From: Octopus sinensis
Lineage: Eukaryota
DNA: 52,737 nucleotides
Direction of reading: 5' to 3'
NCBI RefSeq assembly: GCF_006345805.1
Contig: NW_021833979.1
Location: 1-52,737 of the forward strand
Shown: positions 12,234-24,959 of the stretch, in pieces
Position numbering within the stretch: the stretch's first letter is position 1
Layout of the letters: each line of letters begins with the position of its first letter
Notes under the pieces: model-generated
What the model saw: the letters and a program-made list of their open reading frames with translations, nothing else
Database searches by the model: none
What the model was told of the DNA's origin: nothing
Program-made: the position numbers and the translations under genes

Positions 12234-13081
12234 GTCTTCTATCAGTTTCCATCTACCAAATCTAATCACAAAGCCTTGGTTGGCCTGAGGTTAGAGTAGC
12301 AGTCACTTGCCCAAGGTGCCATGTAGTGGGACTGAACCCTGAACCATGTGCTTGGGAAGTAAACTTATTATGGAAATAAAAGCTATGTGTGTGTGTGTGT
12401 ACAGGCATGTCTGTGTAGTAAGAAATGTGCTTCGCAACCACGTGGTTCTGGGTTCAGTCCCATTGTGTGGCACCTTCAGCAAGTGTCTTCCACGATAGTG
12501 ACAGAGTGATTAAACACTTGTTTGGATTTGGTAAAGGGAAACTAAAAGAAGCCCACCTTATATATGTGTACATATATACAAAACCATATGTGTACGTGTG
12601 TGCATCTGAGCGTGTATCTGTGTGCATCTGCCTGTGAGTGTGTATCTGTGTCTATGTCTGTTCCCCCTCTCACTGCTTGGCAACCGGTGAGTGTGTGTTT
12701 ATGTCCCCATCAGTTAACGGTTTGGCAAAAGAGACCCTTAGAATAAGCCCCAAGTTTTAAAATATTAAGTTCTCAGGTTGATAAATTTAGCAAAATCTTC
12801 TTGAAAGCAGTGCCCCAGCATGGCCACAGTCTTAAACAAGTAAAGAATAAAAGATATAGACAATTGAAGTTGTTTGTTGTTATAAGAATGAATGTATGTA
12901 TGTGGGTGTGTATAAATGGGTGGATGAGGGTATATGTTTGGAAATCCCAAATTGCAAAGAGATACATTCAATGAATCGATTTTGTGTCTGAATGCAAAGT
13001 CAAAATTGCTAATTGGTGTTATTTACACTTGGATAAGCATTCACATGATACACTTTCTTAGAAAGCTTTTGTTTGGCTTAA

Positions 13082-13301
13082 CCCTTTAGCGTTCAGATTA
13101 ATTTGTCAAAAGTAATCCTTATTTATTCACATTTAAAAAAAATTATCTGATATTATTTTGTACCTTCAAGATAGGAAAGATGTAATTGCTTATTTTTGGA
13201 GTGACATTGCAGGGTAGGTGTGAGATGCATGTTCTGGCCAGTTTGAGCAATAAATGTGTAGAATATTTGGGCCGGATACAGCCGGTTTAAACACTAATGG
13301 G
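13082..13301. mobile_element. piggyBac-type MITE (220 bp)
   Basis: TTAA TSDs at 13078-13081 and 13302-13305. TIRs are ccctttagcgtt / aacactaatggg (10/12 match). Absent at the equivalent site of copies A and B. Confidence 0.85.
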
Positions 13302-13743
13302 TTAAACAGAGTCAACAAGTGGCCTGGGAAAATTTCAATTGAAAAACATTTTCTCAGTACAATTATGCATATATATATATAACTGTGGGTGTGAACATGT
13401 ATGTATTTATGTGTATGAATATATAAAGGTGTATATTTGTGTGTGAGTGTGTGTGTGTATATATATATAGATATATATATTTATATATATATATATGTAT
13501 ACATGTGTAGGTGTGCCTGCATGTGAGTCTTTCTTAAGATCGAAGTTTCTCTTCCTGGATTGGGTGAGAGATTACTTTCTTGAGCAAAACCCTTCACTCC
13601 ACTTACCCCAAACTAATTAGCTGATAAAAATGAGCAATCCAGCGATGGCCCACCTTCCTATTCTGCGGGGAAATATATACGCTACAGAATCCGGGAAACC
13701 ATCTTTTTAAGTTAATGCCTTGAGAAAGCTTTAATCTCATATC

Positions 13744-13776
<33 letters not shown>

Positions 13777-14097
13777 ATATATGTATATATATATATATAT
13801 ATAATAACATTAGGGAATATGATTCCTAACTTACAGGGAGAAATTCAATTTAGTAATACTAAATCAAATTTCACAATATATGATGCATGTATGTAAATCA
13901 GAGAAGAACCACCATGTAGCAATTCAGCAATGATATACTTAAATCATACCATGTAGGAAAAAATTAAAGATACGATAAAACATTTATGTAGAACTAAATA
14001 AAGTACAAAATAATAAATAAATAGTACATAATTTAGTTCTAGGTAAATGTTACATGGTACTTCTTCTCTAACTTATATACATGTAGTATATATATAT

Positions 14098-14144
<47 letters not shown>

Positions 14145-14172
14145 TATATATATGTATATATATATGTATATA

Positions 14173-14280
<108 letters not shown>

Positions 14281-15295
14281 GAGATAGGGGTTGAAAATTC
14301 AACCCACCATGGGATAACATATATCCAATATACTGCTAGAGAGGTACCCAACAAGACTAATACATAAATGTTAAAAATTGCCATGCAATTATATATATAT
14401 TTATATATATATACATACATACATAACCATGGCCTATGCCAATGCTGCATAACCAGCCTATTTAAGAGTACCCTTCAATTATTGGGCAATGGTCTCTGTT
14501 GAGGCATATGATATTGTTATTATGGCCAATGACAGTACCGCCTGACTGGAACCCATGCCAGTAGAACGTTAAAAGCACCATTTGAGCATGATTGATGCCA
14601 GTGCCACCTAACCGACTCTGGTGCCGGTGGAATGTAAAAAGCACCATTCAAGCATGGCCGTTGCCAGCATTGCTTGACTAGCTCCTGTGCAGGTGGCATG
14701 TAAAAAGCACCATTTGAGCGTGGTCAATGTCAGTACTGCCTGACTGGCCCTCGTTCCAGTGACACGTAAAAGCACCCGCTATACTCTCGGAATGGTTGGT
14801 GTTAGGAAGGGCATCCAGCTTTAGAAACTCTGCCAGATCATATTAGCATGTACTTATGTATGTATTTATGTATATGTGTGTATATTTCAATATTTTACTT
14901 GATTCAGTCATTAGATTGTGGCCATGCTGGGGCACTGCCTTGGGGTATTCTTTGCTTGTCAAATCGATTCACCCTACACTTATTTTCTTTGTCAGTGCAG
15001 TACTTATTCTATTGGTCCCTTTTGACAAACCACTAAGTTACGGGGATATGAACACACTGCCATGGATTGTCAAGCAGTGGCAAGGCACAAATACAAAAAT
15101 TAGGTTTAGGGTTGGTCTTCTTTCAGTTCAGTCTACCAAATCCACTCACACATATTTAATTAGCCCAATGCTTTGGTAGAAAACACTTGCCCGAGGTACC
15201 AAGCAATGGGACTGAACCTACAATAATGTGGTTGAGAAGCAACCACATTCAAGTTTCTTACTACAGAGCCACTTCTGCATATATATATATATAAA

Positions 15296-16803
15296 CCGTA
15301 AATCCTCGAGTATAATCCGCTTTTTTTTCCCAAAACATAAAGGTCAAAATCCCTAGTGCGTACTATATACGAGGTTAAAATTGAAAACTATTTTCCAAGC
15401 AATGTCCGAGTCTCTATTTGCTGTCTGGCAATGTTTATTCAGACGCATTTTGTGATGTCGGGCATGAAAATGCCTTAACCCTTTCGTTACCAAACCGCCC
15501 GAAAAAAATTTTGGTTAATGTGACCAAGCCGCCCCAAACCGCCCGAATTTACCTATTCATATTTAAATGAGAATATCAGAGCAAATCTCTTTAGTACATT
15601 CGTGAAAACACGTATTATACTTCGTAAAGAGTTCAACTACAGTTTTGAACAATAATCGAAGTGTAATTTTAATTCCGTGAATTATGGGAGATTTTTTTCC
15701 GAAATTTCTTCCTATTGTGTTTTCAAAATTTGTAATTCTGACAAAAAATGGATACGAATTTCATTATATCAAGCAGCGAGTCAGAATTCGAAGGATTTTC
15801 TACTGAAGACCTTCATAAATCTAATTCTATGACTGAAAAAAAAAGCATGTGGTATTTGATAATGAATCTGTTTCATTTTCCGAAAGTGAAAACAGTGAAT
15901 TTGAGAGCTCCGACAGCGATAAAGAAAATGAATTGGCACCTGAATGGAGTGAAAATTTAAAAACTGTTTCTTTCGGTGATTTTTCTGAAGAAACTGGACC
16001 AAGCCACAGACTTTCCCAGAAGAGTAAAGCCTTAAACTATTTCTTTTTACTTTTTCGAATGAGCCTATTTGAAATCATTACGGCGGAAACGAACCGTTAC
16101 GCTAAACGTAAACAAAGCGAAAGAAAGGATAGTTTGTTATTTCCCACAACCTAAAATGAAATTAAGGCCTATTTTGCCATAAATATTATTATGGGTATCA
16201 GAAAGTTACCAAGAATAACAAATTCTATCGTAAAATTTTGTTGTATACCCAATTGAATATTAGCTAAAAACCCATTTTCTATAGCGATGTTTGAACAAAA
16301 TTTTAATAATTTTATATATTGTTGAATTTACCTGTATTTACCTGCAATTAGAGTCACTTTGTGACAAAAATTATAGTATAGAATTGGTTGAGAACATTTC
16401 ATTAAATTATCTTCCAAAATTCATGTTAATATATTGATAAATAAAAAAGTTATAGTTGTTTGATGAAACCAGACTAAATTTATGATTACGTTAGAAATTA
16501 ATTGAAACACATAAGGGGTGTATTTTGGTCAGAAATATAGTAACGAAAGGGTTAAGCTAAGCCTGAAAGCAATGAAGAATCATCTATAACTTGCAATAAG
16601 CAACATTTATTAAAATAAAAGTATTCAGAACACAGAATAATCCATAACAAAAACAATTTGCAAACATATTTACATTCCATATAACAGTTAAGAACATCAC
16701 CATTATTGTATTACGCATGCGCGGAAGTGTTTGTTTGACTAGGTGCTGCTGGCTTAATTATGCACGACTCAATTTAGAAAAGGGGTGTGTATTATACACA
16801 AGG
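15296..16803. mobile_element. Tc1/pogo-type non-autonomous element hosting the piggyBac insertion
   Basis: Left end is ccgtaaatcctcgagtataatccgc next to (TA)n. The right end gtgtattatacacaagg is a degenerate, truncated complement. Interrupted at a TTAA site. Confidence 0.55.
15479..16551 (+). mobile_element. Internally deleted piggyBac element with transposase N-terminal remnant
   Basis: TTAA TSDs at 15475-15478 and 16552-16555, with a perfect 12-bp TIR CCCTTTCGTTAC. The acidic N-terminus followed by FFLLFRMSLFEIITAETNRYA...EIKAYFAINIIMGIRKLP matches piggyBac/PGBD transposases. Contains a stop and a frameshift. Confidence 0.92.
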
Positions 16804-16804
16804 G

Positions 16805-16895
16805 GACCCTGTCAAAGGCTTTCTCCATGTCAACGAAAGCCAATTTACAGGGGCTTATCTTTGGCTGGGCATTTCTCCTGCAGCTGTCTCGCCAG
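16805..16895 (-). mobile_element. RTE LINE reverse transcriptase fragment
   Basis: The minus strand gives RQLQEK...KDKP and LAFVDMEKAFDRVP. Confidence 0.75.
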
Positions 16896-17137
16896 AAATT
16901 CTGAAAACTTTTGGGTGAGAATTTTACATGAGCAGAAGCTTTTTCTAACAAATTTTATCCTAAAAATCACCTGCGTAAATTACATGGGTTTTTATGGTAA
17001 TTCATTTTTGAGTGAAATGAAGTGTTTTGGTCAAGAACACAAAGCATCACCTGGTACAAGAATCGAAACAGCAGTCTTACGATCATGAGTCCAACACCCT
17101 AACCACTAAGCCATGCACCTCCACCTGTATGTATATA

Positions 17138-18414
17138 CAGTAGAACTCCTCTAATTCGAATGTGTGCTATGTTCAAATTATGGGAAGAAAATGCATAAGG
17201 GTGTGAAAATATTTCCTCTTACATTTCCGGGTACCCCCTCTAGTATTTAATGTATATATTAAGATGAGCACATTATATATTTTAAAGAATTGTTAAATAT
17301 CATTGCTTGGGGGGAAAAAATTTGAAAATAAATCAATATTAAATAATGTTAATTTACTTTCAAATTTTTTATCTAATTAAATAAATGTTAATTGTTAGGT
17401 ATTTATTACATAAATTATCTGCATTTAACAACCAATCACCAATGTAGAATACTTTTATGCATTCATTGAATGAGCTTCTTCACTTTTGCTTCTGTCTTCA
17501 TTTATCAAACTGACGGGGTCTGCCATTGCATTCCTCAAGCGATCACCAAACTCCACTATTTCCTCGTGCTGTAGTCTCTTTATGATCATATCCTTTCAAA
17601 GTGACATTGCTTGCCAAAAATAGTTGTCACTAAAGTAAGGATTTCTTTCTAGAAATTTTATCACTATCTCCATAGACTTTTCTGTCATCTTATCCCATGA
17701 TATTTCCTCATTAGAGTGTTCTTGGCCATTTACATAAGATTCACTCGAATGGGAGCCATTGCTGTCACTAATTTCATGACCAATATTGTCTTCAGGACAT
17801 TGTTCAGTGTTTTCTTCATCTTGTCAAACCCACATTTCAATTCCATTTGCATCAAGTGATTGAAGAACGGTGTGTTTGGTTGGAAATCCTCTACTTTCAA
17901 GAATATTTTGTACTCCAGATACATTTTCTGCTTCTTTCACTTTAGGAGCACAAGACACTGGGTATAATTTCCCCCACGCTTCTGTTAATGTGCCTGCTCA
18001 AACCTGATTCCATGCACTTGCAAGGGAAAAAATGGCATCTTTGATGGTAAAATTGCACTGGAAATTGCCTATACTAACATTGCTATTTATCATATTCATC
18101 TTGAAATCATTTCTGTAGAAACGTTTTAAGCTCCAAATAATCCCTTGCTCCAGAGGTTGAATGAGAGATGTCACATTCGGTGGTAAGTAGCACGTAAAAA
18201 CATTCCCACACGATGACACTAGTTTTGTGTCGTGAGGATGTGCTCTGCAATTGTCTAATAGCTGCAGGCACTTTGAATCAGGTTTACCACATTTGTGAGA
18301 GCGCTTTTGTTCAGCTGGCACAAATTCTTGGATGAACCATTCTGTGAACAAGTGTTCATTCATCCACCTGTTTTTTGAAGAGTAATATAATACTGGTAAA
18401 GGTGAAACTCCTTT
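17138..18414 (-). mobile_element. pogo/Tigger (jerky-like) DNA transposon, 3' part
   Basis: ORF 17998-18363 carries DDE_1 motifs ([38 protein letters not shown]). The terminus TA-cagtagaactcc is at 17136. The 5' part is lost at (TA)n. Confidence 0.88.
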
Positions 18415-18438
18415 ATGTATATATATATTATATATATA

Positions 18439-18469
<31 letters not shown>

Positions 18470-18495
18470 CATACACACACATATATATATATATG

Positions 18496-18535
<40 letters not shown>

Positions 18536-18591
18536 TGTGTATATATATATATATATGTATATATACATACATATATATATACGTATATATA

Positions 18592-18668
<77 letters not shown>

Positions 18669-18682
18669 TATATATACACACA

Positions 18683-18732
<50 letters not shown>

Positions 18733-18810
18733 ATATATATATAAATACATATATGTGTATATATATATATACATATATATGTATATATATATGTGTGTAT
18801 ATATATATAT

Positions 18811-18843
<33 letters not shown>

Positions 18844-18862
18844 CATATATATATATATATAT
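18415..18862. repeat. Long (TA)n microsatellite (representative)
   Basis: Similar tracts at about 540-750, 1510-1620, 4810-4985, 5420-5850, 6600-7200, 10140-10230, 11120-11320, 14085-14280, 19595-19850, 27805-28010 and 50400-50450. Confidence 0.98.
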
Positions 18863-19290
18863 TGGCAGCTGACTTGGCAGACACCCATAAAAATATCAAC
18901 CATTGTACAAACAATAACTCTGAGCACCTTTTCAAACTCCACCCATCTAACACCCGTGGACATATTTACAAAGTAAGAAAACAGCACAGCTCCCATGACT
19001 TCAGGAAACATTTTTTCACGCTGAGAGTTGCTGAAGCGTGGAACAAACTGCCGGCATCAGTTGTTAGTTGTCGGAGCACTGCATCCTTCAAAACTTCCAT
19101 GCTTCCTGAGATTCGCCAACACTACACTTGATTTTCTCCCCTCCATACACACACAAGCATGTATCTGACTCATACATTGTTCGCTTTCCAGACATTTCTA
19201 CATTACTGCATATACTTTATATGCACTTTCTGACAAGTTGTGGTGCACTTGAGCATTGTATACAATTAATTTCATTATTATTATTATTAT
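18863..19290 (+). mobile_element. CR1-like LINE, short 3' fragment with (ATT)n tail
   Basis: Near-identical to 21280-21708 and to the 3' end of the 51044-52687 copy. Confidence 0.92.
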
Positions 19291-19594
19291 ATATATACAA
19301 TATATATATATATTATATATATATATTATATATATATATATATATATCTATATATATATATATACACACATATATATATATATATGTATATATATATACA
19401 TATATGTATATATATAATATATATATATATATATAATATATATATATATATATTTAGTGTAGGAAGAAATGGAGCTGAACGAAGATTTAACAAAATTCCT
19501 TTTTATTATTTTCTACATATGTTTCAAAGGCTACCCAGGTATCGGTTATCATTTGAATTATCCGTAATAAGATAATTCACTTATCTACTTCAAC

Positions 19595-19631
<37 letters not shown>

Positions 19632-19638
19632 TATATAC

Positions 19639-19670
<32 letters not shown>

Positions 19671-19683
19671 ATATATATATACG

Positions 19684-19800
<117 letters not shown>

Positions 19801-19984
19801 TATGTATGTATATATATATATGTATATATATAGTGTATACATATATATAAATTTTATATTTTATATATTTTGTATATCATATTAATAATTTTAATTATGT
19901 CTTGGTTTATGTTTTACACTGTTTGATTTGCCTAATAGTGCTTTTATCCCTAATTTAATTATATATATATATATATATATGTAA

Positions 19985-21684
19985 TTCCATCTTCATCACC
20001 ACTGACATCGGACTCTATATCTACTATGCAATTTACACCAGCAATGCTGCAACGCCACCTTAAGAATAAACGCAATTATGCCTCTCCTGGTCTCGATGGT
20101 GTTACATACCTACTTCTCAAACGCGGTGGGTACTTTCTTCTAAGCCAACTTTTTCTATTCTTCCAATTCTGTCTCGACAATGGTGTTACTCCAGAACAGT
20201 GGAAAACTGCCAGTGTCATCCCTCTGTTAAAAAAAGGCGACCGCACATCGCCTGTCAACTATTGCCCCATCAGTCTTACTAGCTGCATCGCCAAACTGAT
20301 GGAATCCTGTATCAGAGAAACCCTCTGGAACTTCTGGAAGTCTCACAGCCTCATCCAGCCGTCACAATTCGGATTTATTCCTAACTCCAGCTGCTGTAAT
20401 CAACTCATCGAGTTTCTTGAGGACGTTACCCAAATCACTGATCGTGGATCCTGGGTGGATGTTGTTTACCTGGACTTCGCTAAGGCTTTTAACTCTGTGC
20501 CACACAAAAGACTTATGGTGAAGCTTTCTGCGTTGGGTGTAAGAGACGAACTCTATAACTGGTTGAAGTCCTTTATTTTCAGCCGAAAAGAGGTTGTCAC
20601 AGTTCTAGGACAGCACTCTTCGCCCTATGAGATGACATCTGGTGTACCACAGGGATCTGTTCTTGGCCCCCTTTTATTTGTTGCATATGTTAATGACATA
20701 GATGCCTACTTAAAGAATGCCACAGTGCTGAAATATGCAGATGACATCAAGCTGTACCTCGAAATAAAGAGGTCAAATCCTGTAAACTATAGATCTCTAT
20801 TGCAAGCAGACCTGGACACAATGCAGCAGTGGATCATGGACTGGCAACTCAAGCTGGCTGTGGACAAATGTACCACCATGCATTTTGGGAGTAGAAACCC
20901 AGCGTCCACCTACTCCCTCCACAACACTAGTCTCAAAAAGTCTTCATGTGAACGTGACCTGGGTGTTATTGTCGACAGTGATTTGCGTTGGACAAAACAC
21001 ATCGCTGAAATTGTCAAGAAGGCTGAGGGTGTCTTGGCATCACTCACCAAATCCTTTGTGAGCCGCTCTCCGGCTATCTATCTGCGGCTTTATATAGCTA
21101 TGGTAAGACCTCACCTGGAATTTGCATCACCGGTCTAGAACCCCTATCTTGCCCAGGATATCAATCGTCTGAAAGCTGTTCAGCGACGTGCAACCAAAAG
21201 AATACCCTCCATCAGGCATTTGCCATATCCTGAACGCCTTACTTCCCTGGGCATAGACACATTGAAACTCCGACGTCTGGAAGCTGACTTGGCAGACATC
21301 CATAAAATTATCAACCATCGTACAAACAATAACTCTGAGCACCTTTTCAAACTCCACCCATCGAACACCCGTGGACATATTTACAAAGTAAGAAAACAGC
21401 ACAGCTCCCATGACTTCAGGAAACATTTTTTCACGCTGAGAGTTGCTGAAGCATGGAATAAACTGCCGGCATCAGTTGTTAGTTGTCGGAGCACTGCATC
21501 TTCAAAACTTCCATGCTTCCTGAGATTCGCCAACACTACACTTGATTTTCTCCCCTCCATACACACACAAGCATGTATCTGACTCATACATTGTTCACTT
21601 TCCAGACATTTTTACATTACTGCATATACTTTATATGCACTTTCTGACAAGTTGTGGTGCACTTGAGCACTGTATACAATAATT

Positions 21685-21708
<24 letters not shown>
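19985..21708 (+). mobile_element. CR1-like LINE, 5'-truncated (RT domain + C-terminus + 3' UTR + (ATT)n tail)
   Basis: ORF 20026-21138 has VVYLDFAKAFNSVPH, GVPQGSVLGPLLF and KYADD. A TAG at 21136 corresponds to TGG in the other copy. There is a -1 deletion near 21500. Confidence 0.95.
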
Positions 21709-21723
<15 letters not shown>

Positions 21724-21754
21724 TATATATATATATTTCATATGATATATGATG

Positions 21755-21785
<31 letters not shown>

Positions 21786-21918
21786 GTGTGTTATAATATT
21801 TGTATGTATGTATGTATATGTATTGTCTGTGTCATATATGTATGCATATATACTATTGTTTTATTGTTTTCTTTTACTCATTTCCGTCATGCAGCTGTGG
21901 TCATGCTGCAGCACCACC

Positions 21919-21949
<31 letters not shown>

Positions 21950-22749
21950 GACAGACAGAGTTTCTTACTTAAAAGCAATTTCCAAAGTCTTCTCCTTTCT
22001 TCGGTGGGGTGGGGGGTGGAGGGTATCAGATTTCTTTTCATGCAGTCTTCATGTCTGCCCAGGTCTTGATGGGTGTGGCACATCCCTACGCACACACATT
22101 AGCATGCAGGTGGTTGCACACACGCATACATATATGCACACACATACACATGAATAGAAATTGCAAGAGGTCAAAATAATAAGCAAAAAAAAAAAAAATA
22201 AGTGAAAAAGGAAAAAAAACCGGTTGTTGTGCATTATTGAATGAAAGGATTTAATACCTGCTGAATAGAAGAATCAGGTGAGTTTTATTTGAAAAGATGA
22301 GATTTAGGCCAGCTACAATGTCACCTGTGTTTATGTCTAAGTAAAAACATACATAAGAGTGAGTGTGTGTGTGGGCAGATGTGCTTGGGTGCACATTTAC
22401 TTATACATAAATACAGATATATTTATGACCTTACCCGAAAACAATTGTTTGAAATAAAACTCACCTGATGTTTCTCTATTCAAAAAGATTTAGTCATTTC
22501 AGTCAATAAAGCACAACCTATTTTTTAGGTTTATGAGTTTGTTTTCGCAAGATTATCCATGTTTCTGGCCCAGTCAACTGAAAACAGGTAGACACCCTAC
22601 CACCACCTCAATGGCCAAGAATACCCTTATGGACAGGTGGATCAGAGGCATAAGGACCCCTGAAAACTATGACCAGGTGACAAAAATGTCACCTGATAGC
22701 TGCGTGTACCAAAGTTAATTTAAAGGGTCAAATGTTTAAGTTCAATAAA

Positions 22750-23645
22750 AAATGTCAATGAATGCCAAGTATGGAGACTTATCTTTGACTAGGTATTTCT
22801 CCTGCAGTTGCTTTACCAGAAATATAGCATCAATAGTGCTTCTCCCTGGCACAAACCCAAACTGCATCTCATCTAAACTAACTCACTCCCTATTTAGTTG
22901 GGCTATGTCCCTCTCCGTGGCTTTCATCACCTGGTCCAACAATTTCATACCTCTGTAATTAGTTTTGTCTAATGCATCACCTTTACCTTTGTAGCAATTG
23001 ATTATGGTGCTGCAACACCAGTCATTGGGTATGACCCCTTTGCACATCACCTGCTTGACTATACATGTGACTAGACTACAGCCTACACCACCAGATATTT
23101 TAAGCATCACAGCAGTGATTCCTAATGAGGCAGGAGCTTTCCCTGCTTCCATACCCTTAATTGCTTTATCTACCAAGGTACTGTCAATTTGAATAGCTGA
23201 TCCCTCTGTTAGGTCAACATTTGGCACACTTTCTCCCATTCAGGAACCATTTATAGTGGCATCTCCAAGTCTCTCTCTTTGCAGCATCATTAAATGCAAG
23301 TGACCCATCATCCATGCAGACACATTTCTCTCTTTTGACATCACAATTCTCTCTCACACACTGTCTTGCAATATGAAACACTTTGAGTTTCTGGTCCACA
23401 CAAGAAAGAACATTGGCAAATTTTTTTTCTTACCTGCTTCCCTTCTGGCTAGTAAACCTGTCTCCTAGCTTCCTCTGGGCGATCTGATACAGTTCCCTGC
23501 TTCCACCACACTTCCAGTCCTTCCATGCCTGTTTCTTTTCCCTAATGACCTTGTCAACTACATTGTTCCACCACCATGCCACCTTAGTCAAGTGGGCCTT
23601 TGCATCAGCCACAGATCTGGTCAGTAGCCCGCAACATGTTGTCCC
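22750..23645 (-). mobile_element. RTE LINE ORF fragment, degenerate
   Basis: The minus strand gives AWWWNNVVDKVIREKKQAWKDWK, DWCCSTIINCYKGKGDALDKTNYRGMKLLDQVMK and MQFGFVPGRSTIDAIF, with stops and frameshifts. Confidence 0.88.
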
Positions 23646-23659
23646 ATAGGAACCTTCAA

Positions 23660-24832
23660 TTGTCCTCCAGAAGTGGTGTCACACTTCTCCTGTCTCTTTT
23701 ATGCAGTTGTGTATCCCTCATCTGTAGAAGTTGGTAGGCTGCATCTAGAGTCAAGGCTTTACCTCAGAAATAAGTTTGTCATCTGAAAATTTCTTCCCCT
23801 TCAAAAAAGATTTCATGGTCGGAAAGAGGTGGAAGTCAGATGGTGCGAGGTCAGGAGAGTAAGGATTTCATAGCCACAGGAGTGTGCTTCCATCTGGGCA
23901 ACATGTGTTTTGTGAACTGAGTTGTTGTCTTTGAGGAAGCAGACTCCTTTGGTCAGCATGCCATGCTTCTCTGCTTTGATGGCATCCTGCAATTTCTGCG
24001 GCAGAGAAGCATGATGTGCCCCATTAATTGTGGAGCCCTTTGCCAGAAAATCCATCATCACTAATCTGTGCTGGTCCAAAAAGATTGAGCATCACCTTGC
24101 CTGGTCAGGGCTGGACACGACCCTTCTTTGGAGGTGATGAGTTATCATACTTCCATTGTTTTGACTGGACTTTAGTCTCAGGACCATTGTGATGGACCCA
24201 TGCTTCATCCTGTGGATAAGTCTGCCAAAAAAAAACCTCCTCATTTTCTTGACACATTGCCAAAAGGGCCTTGGAACAATTGACCCATTCCTGCTTTTGA
24301 AAAGATGTGAGCATCTGGGGAATCCATTGTGCTGATAACATGTACAAATGGTTGTAAATGAGTTTTTTTCCACAGATCCTAAGCTTATCTTCACTTTTTG
24401 GGTTAGTTGCCATAAAGTTCTGTGGTGATCCTCCAAAATGCAGCTTCCACTTTATGGATGGCATCATCATCAATGGCAGAATGTGGTTGTCCAACAGTTT
24501 CCACCAATGTCCAGCCCCATTTGAACAGGTGATGCCAGTGCTTGACTATGTTGTATGATGGTGCATCGTCACCATAAGTGCTTCTTTCATCTCATCATTT
24601 GGTGTACGACCTTCCAAGTATAAGAACCTGATCCCTGATCTGCATTCAACTGCCTCCATTATAACAGCTTAGTCCACTTCAGCAGCCGCAAAAGACAAAC
24701 GAATCCGAGTGGAAAGCTGCAATTTACAATGTGACATGGAGAGACAGGTATGACTATACCTGTACAAGTTCCGTTTCCTGCAATAACTGGAAGTGGGTGG
24801 GTGAGGGAACATCTTTAATGAACACCCCTCAT
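23660..24832 (-). mobile_element. mariner DNA transposon, degenerate
   Basis: The minus strand gives AQWIPQMLT, DEAWVHH...PETKVQSKQWK and, after frameshift, DLAPSDFHLFPTMK. A 5' TIR-like tatgaggggtgttcattaaag lies at about 24812-24832. Confidence 0.88.
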
Positions 24833-24959
24833 ATTTTTGTTAAGCCTTGTATTTATTCCAGCGATCCCTCCTTCTTTCTCACTCAATCATTATATGTCCT
24901 CCCTCCTCTCTCACTGTTTTCTCTCTCATTCTGCTCTCTCTTCATCTCCTATGTTTAAT

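Larger units (their letters stand above)
10228..13720. repeat. Tandem segmental block, copy C (older, diverged, different TE insertions)
   Basis: The same ordered anchors recur with many substitutions: 10228-10600, 11490-11875, 12890-13075, 13305-13370, 13525-13710. It lacks the (CAT)n SINE and VNTR and carries its own piggyBac MITE. Confidence 0.8.

Noticed and set aside
19509-19560. GAAAC-ATAT-GTA-gaaaa hammerhead 3' half on the minus strand
   Set aside because: There is no CUGANGA core or stem II partner upstream. It is a non-functional remnant and is only counted as supporting context.
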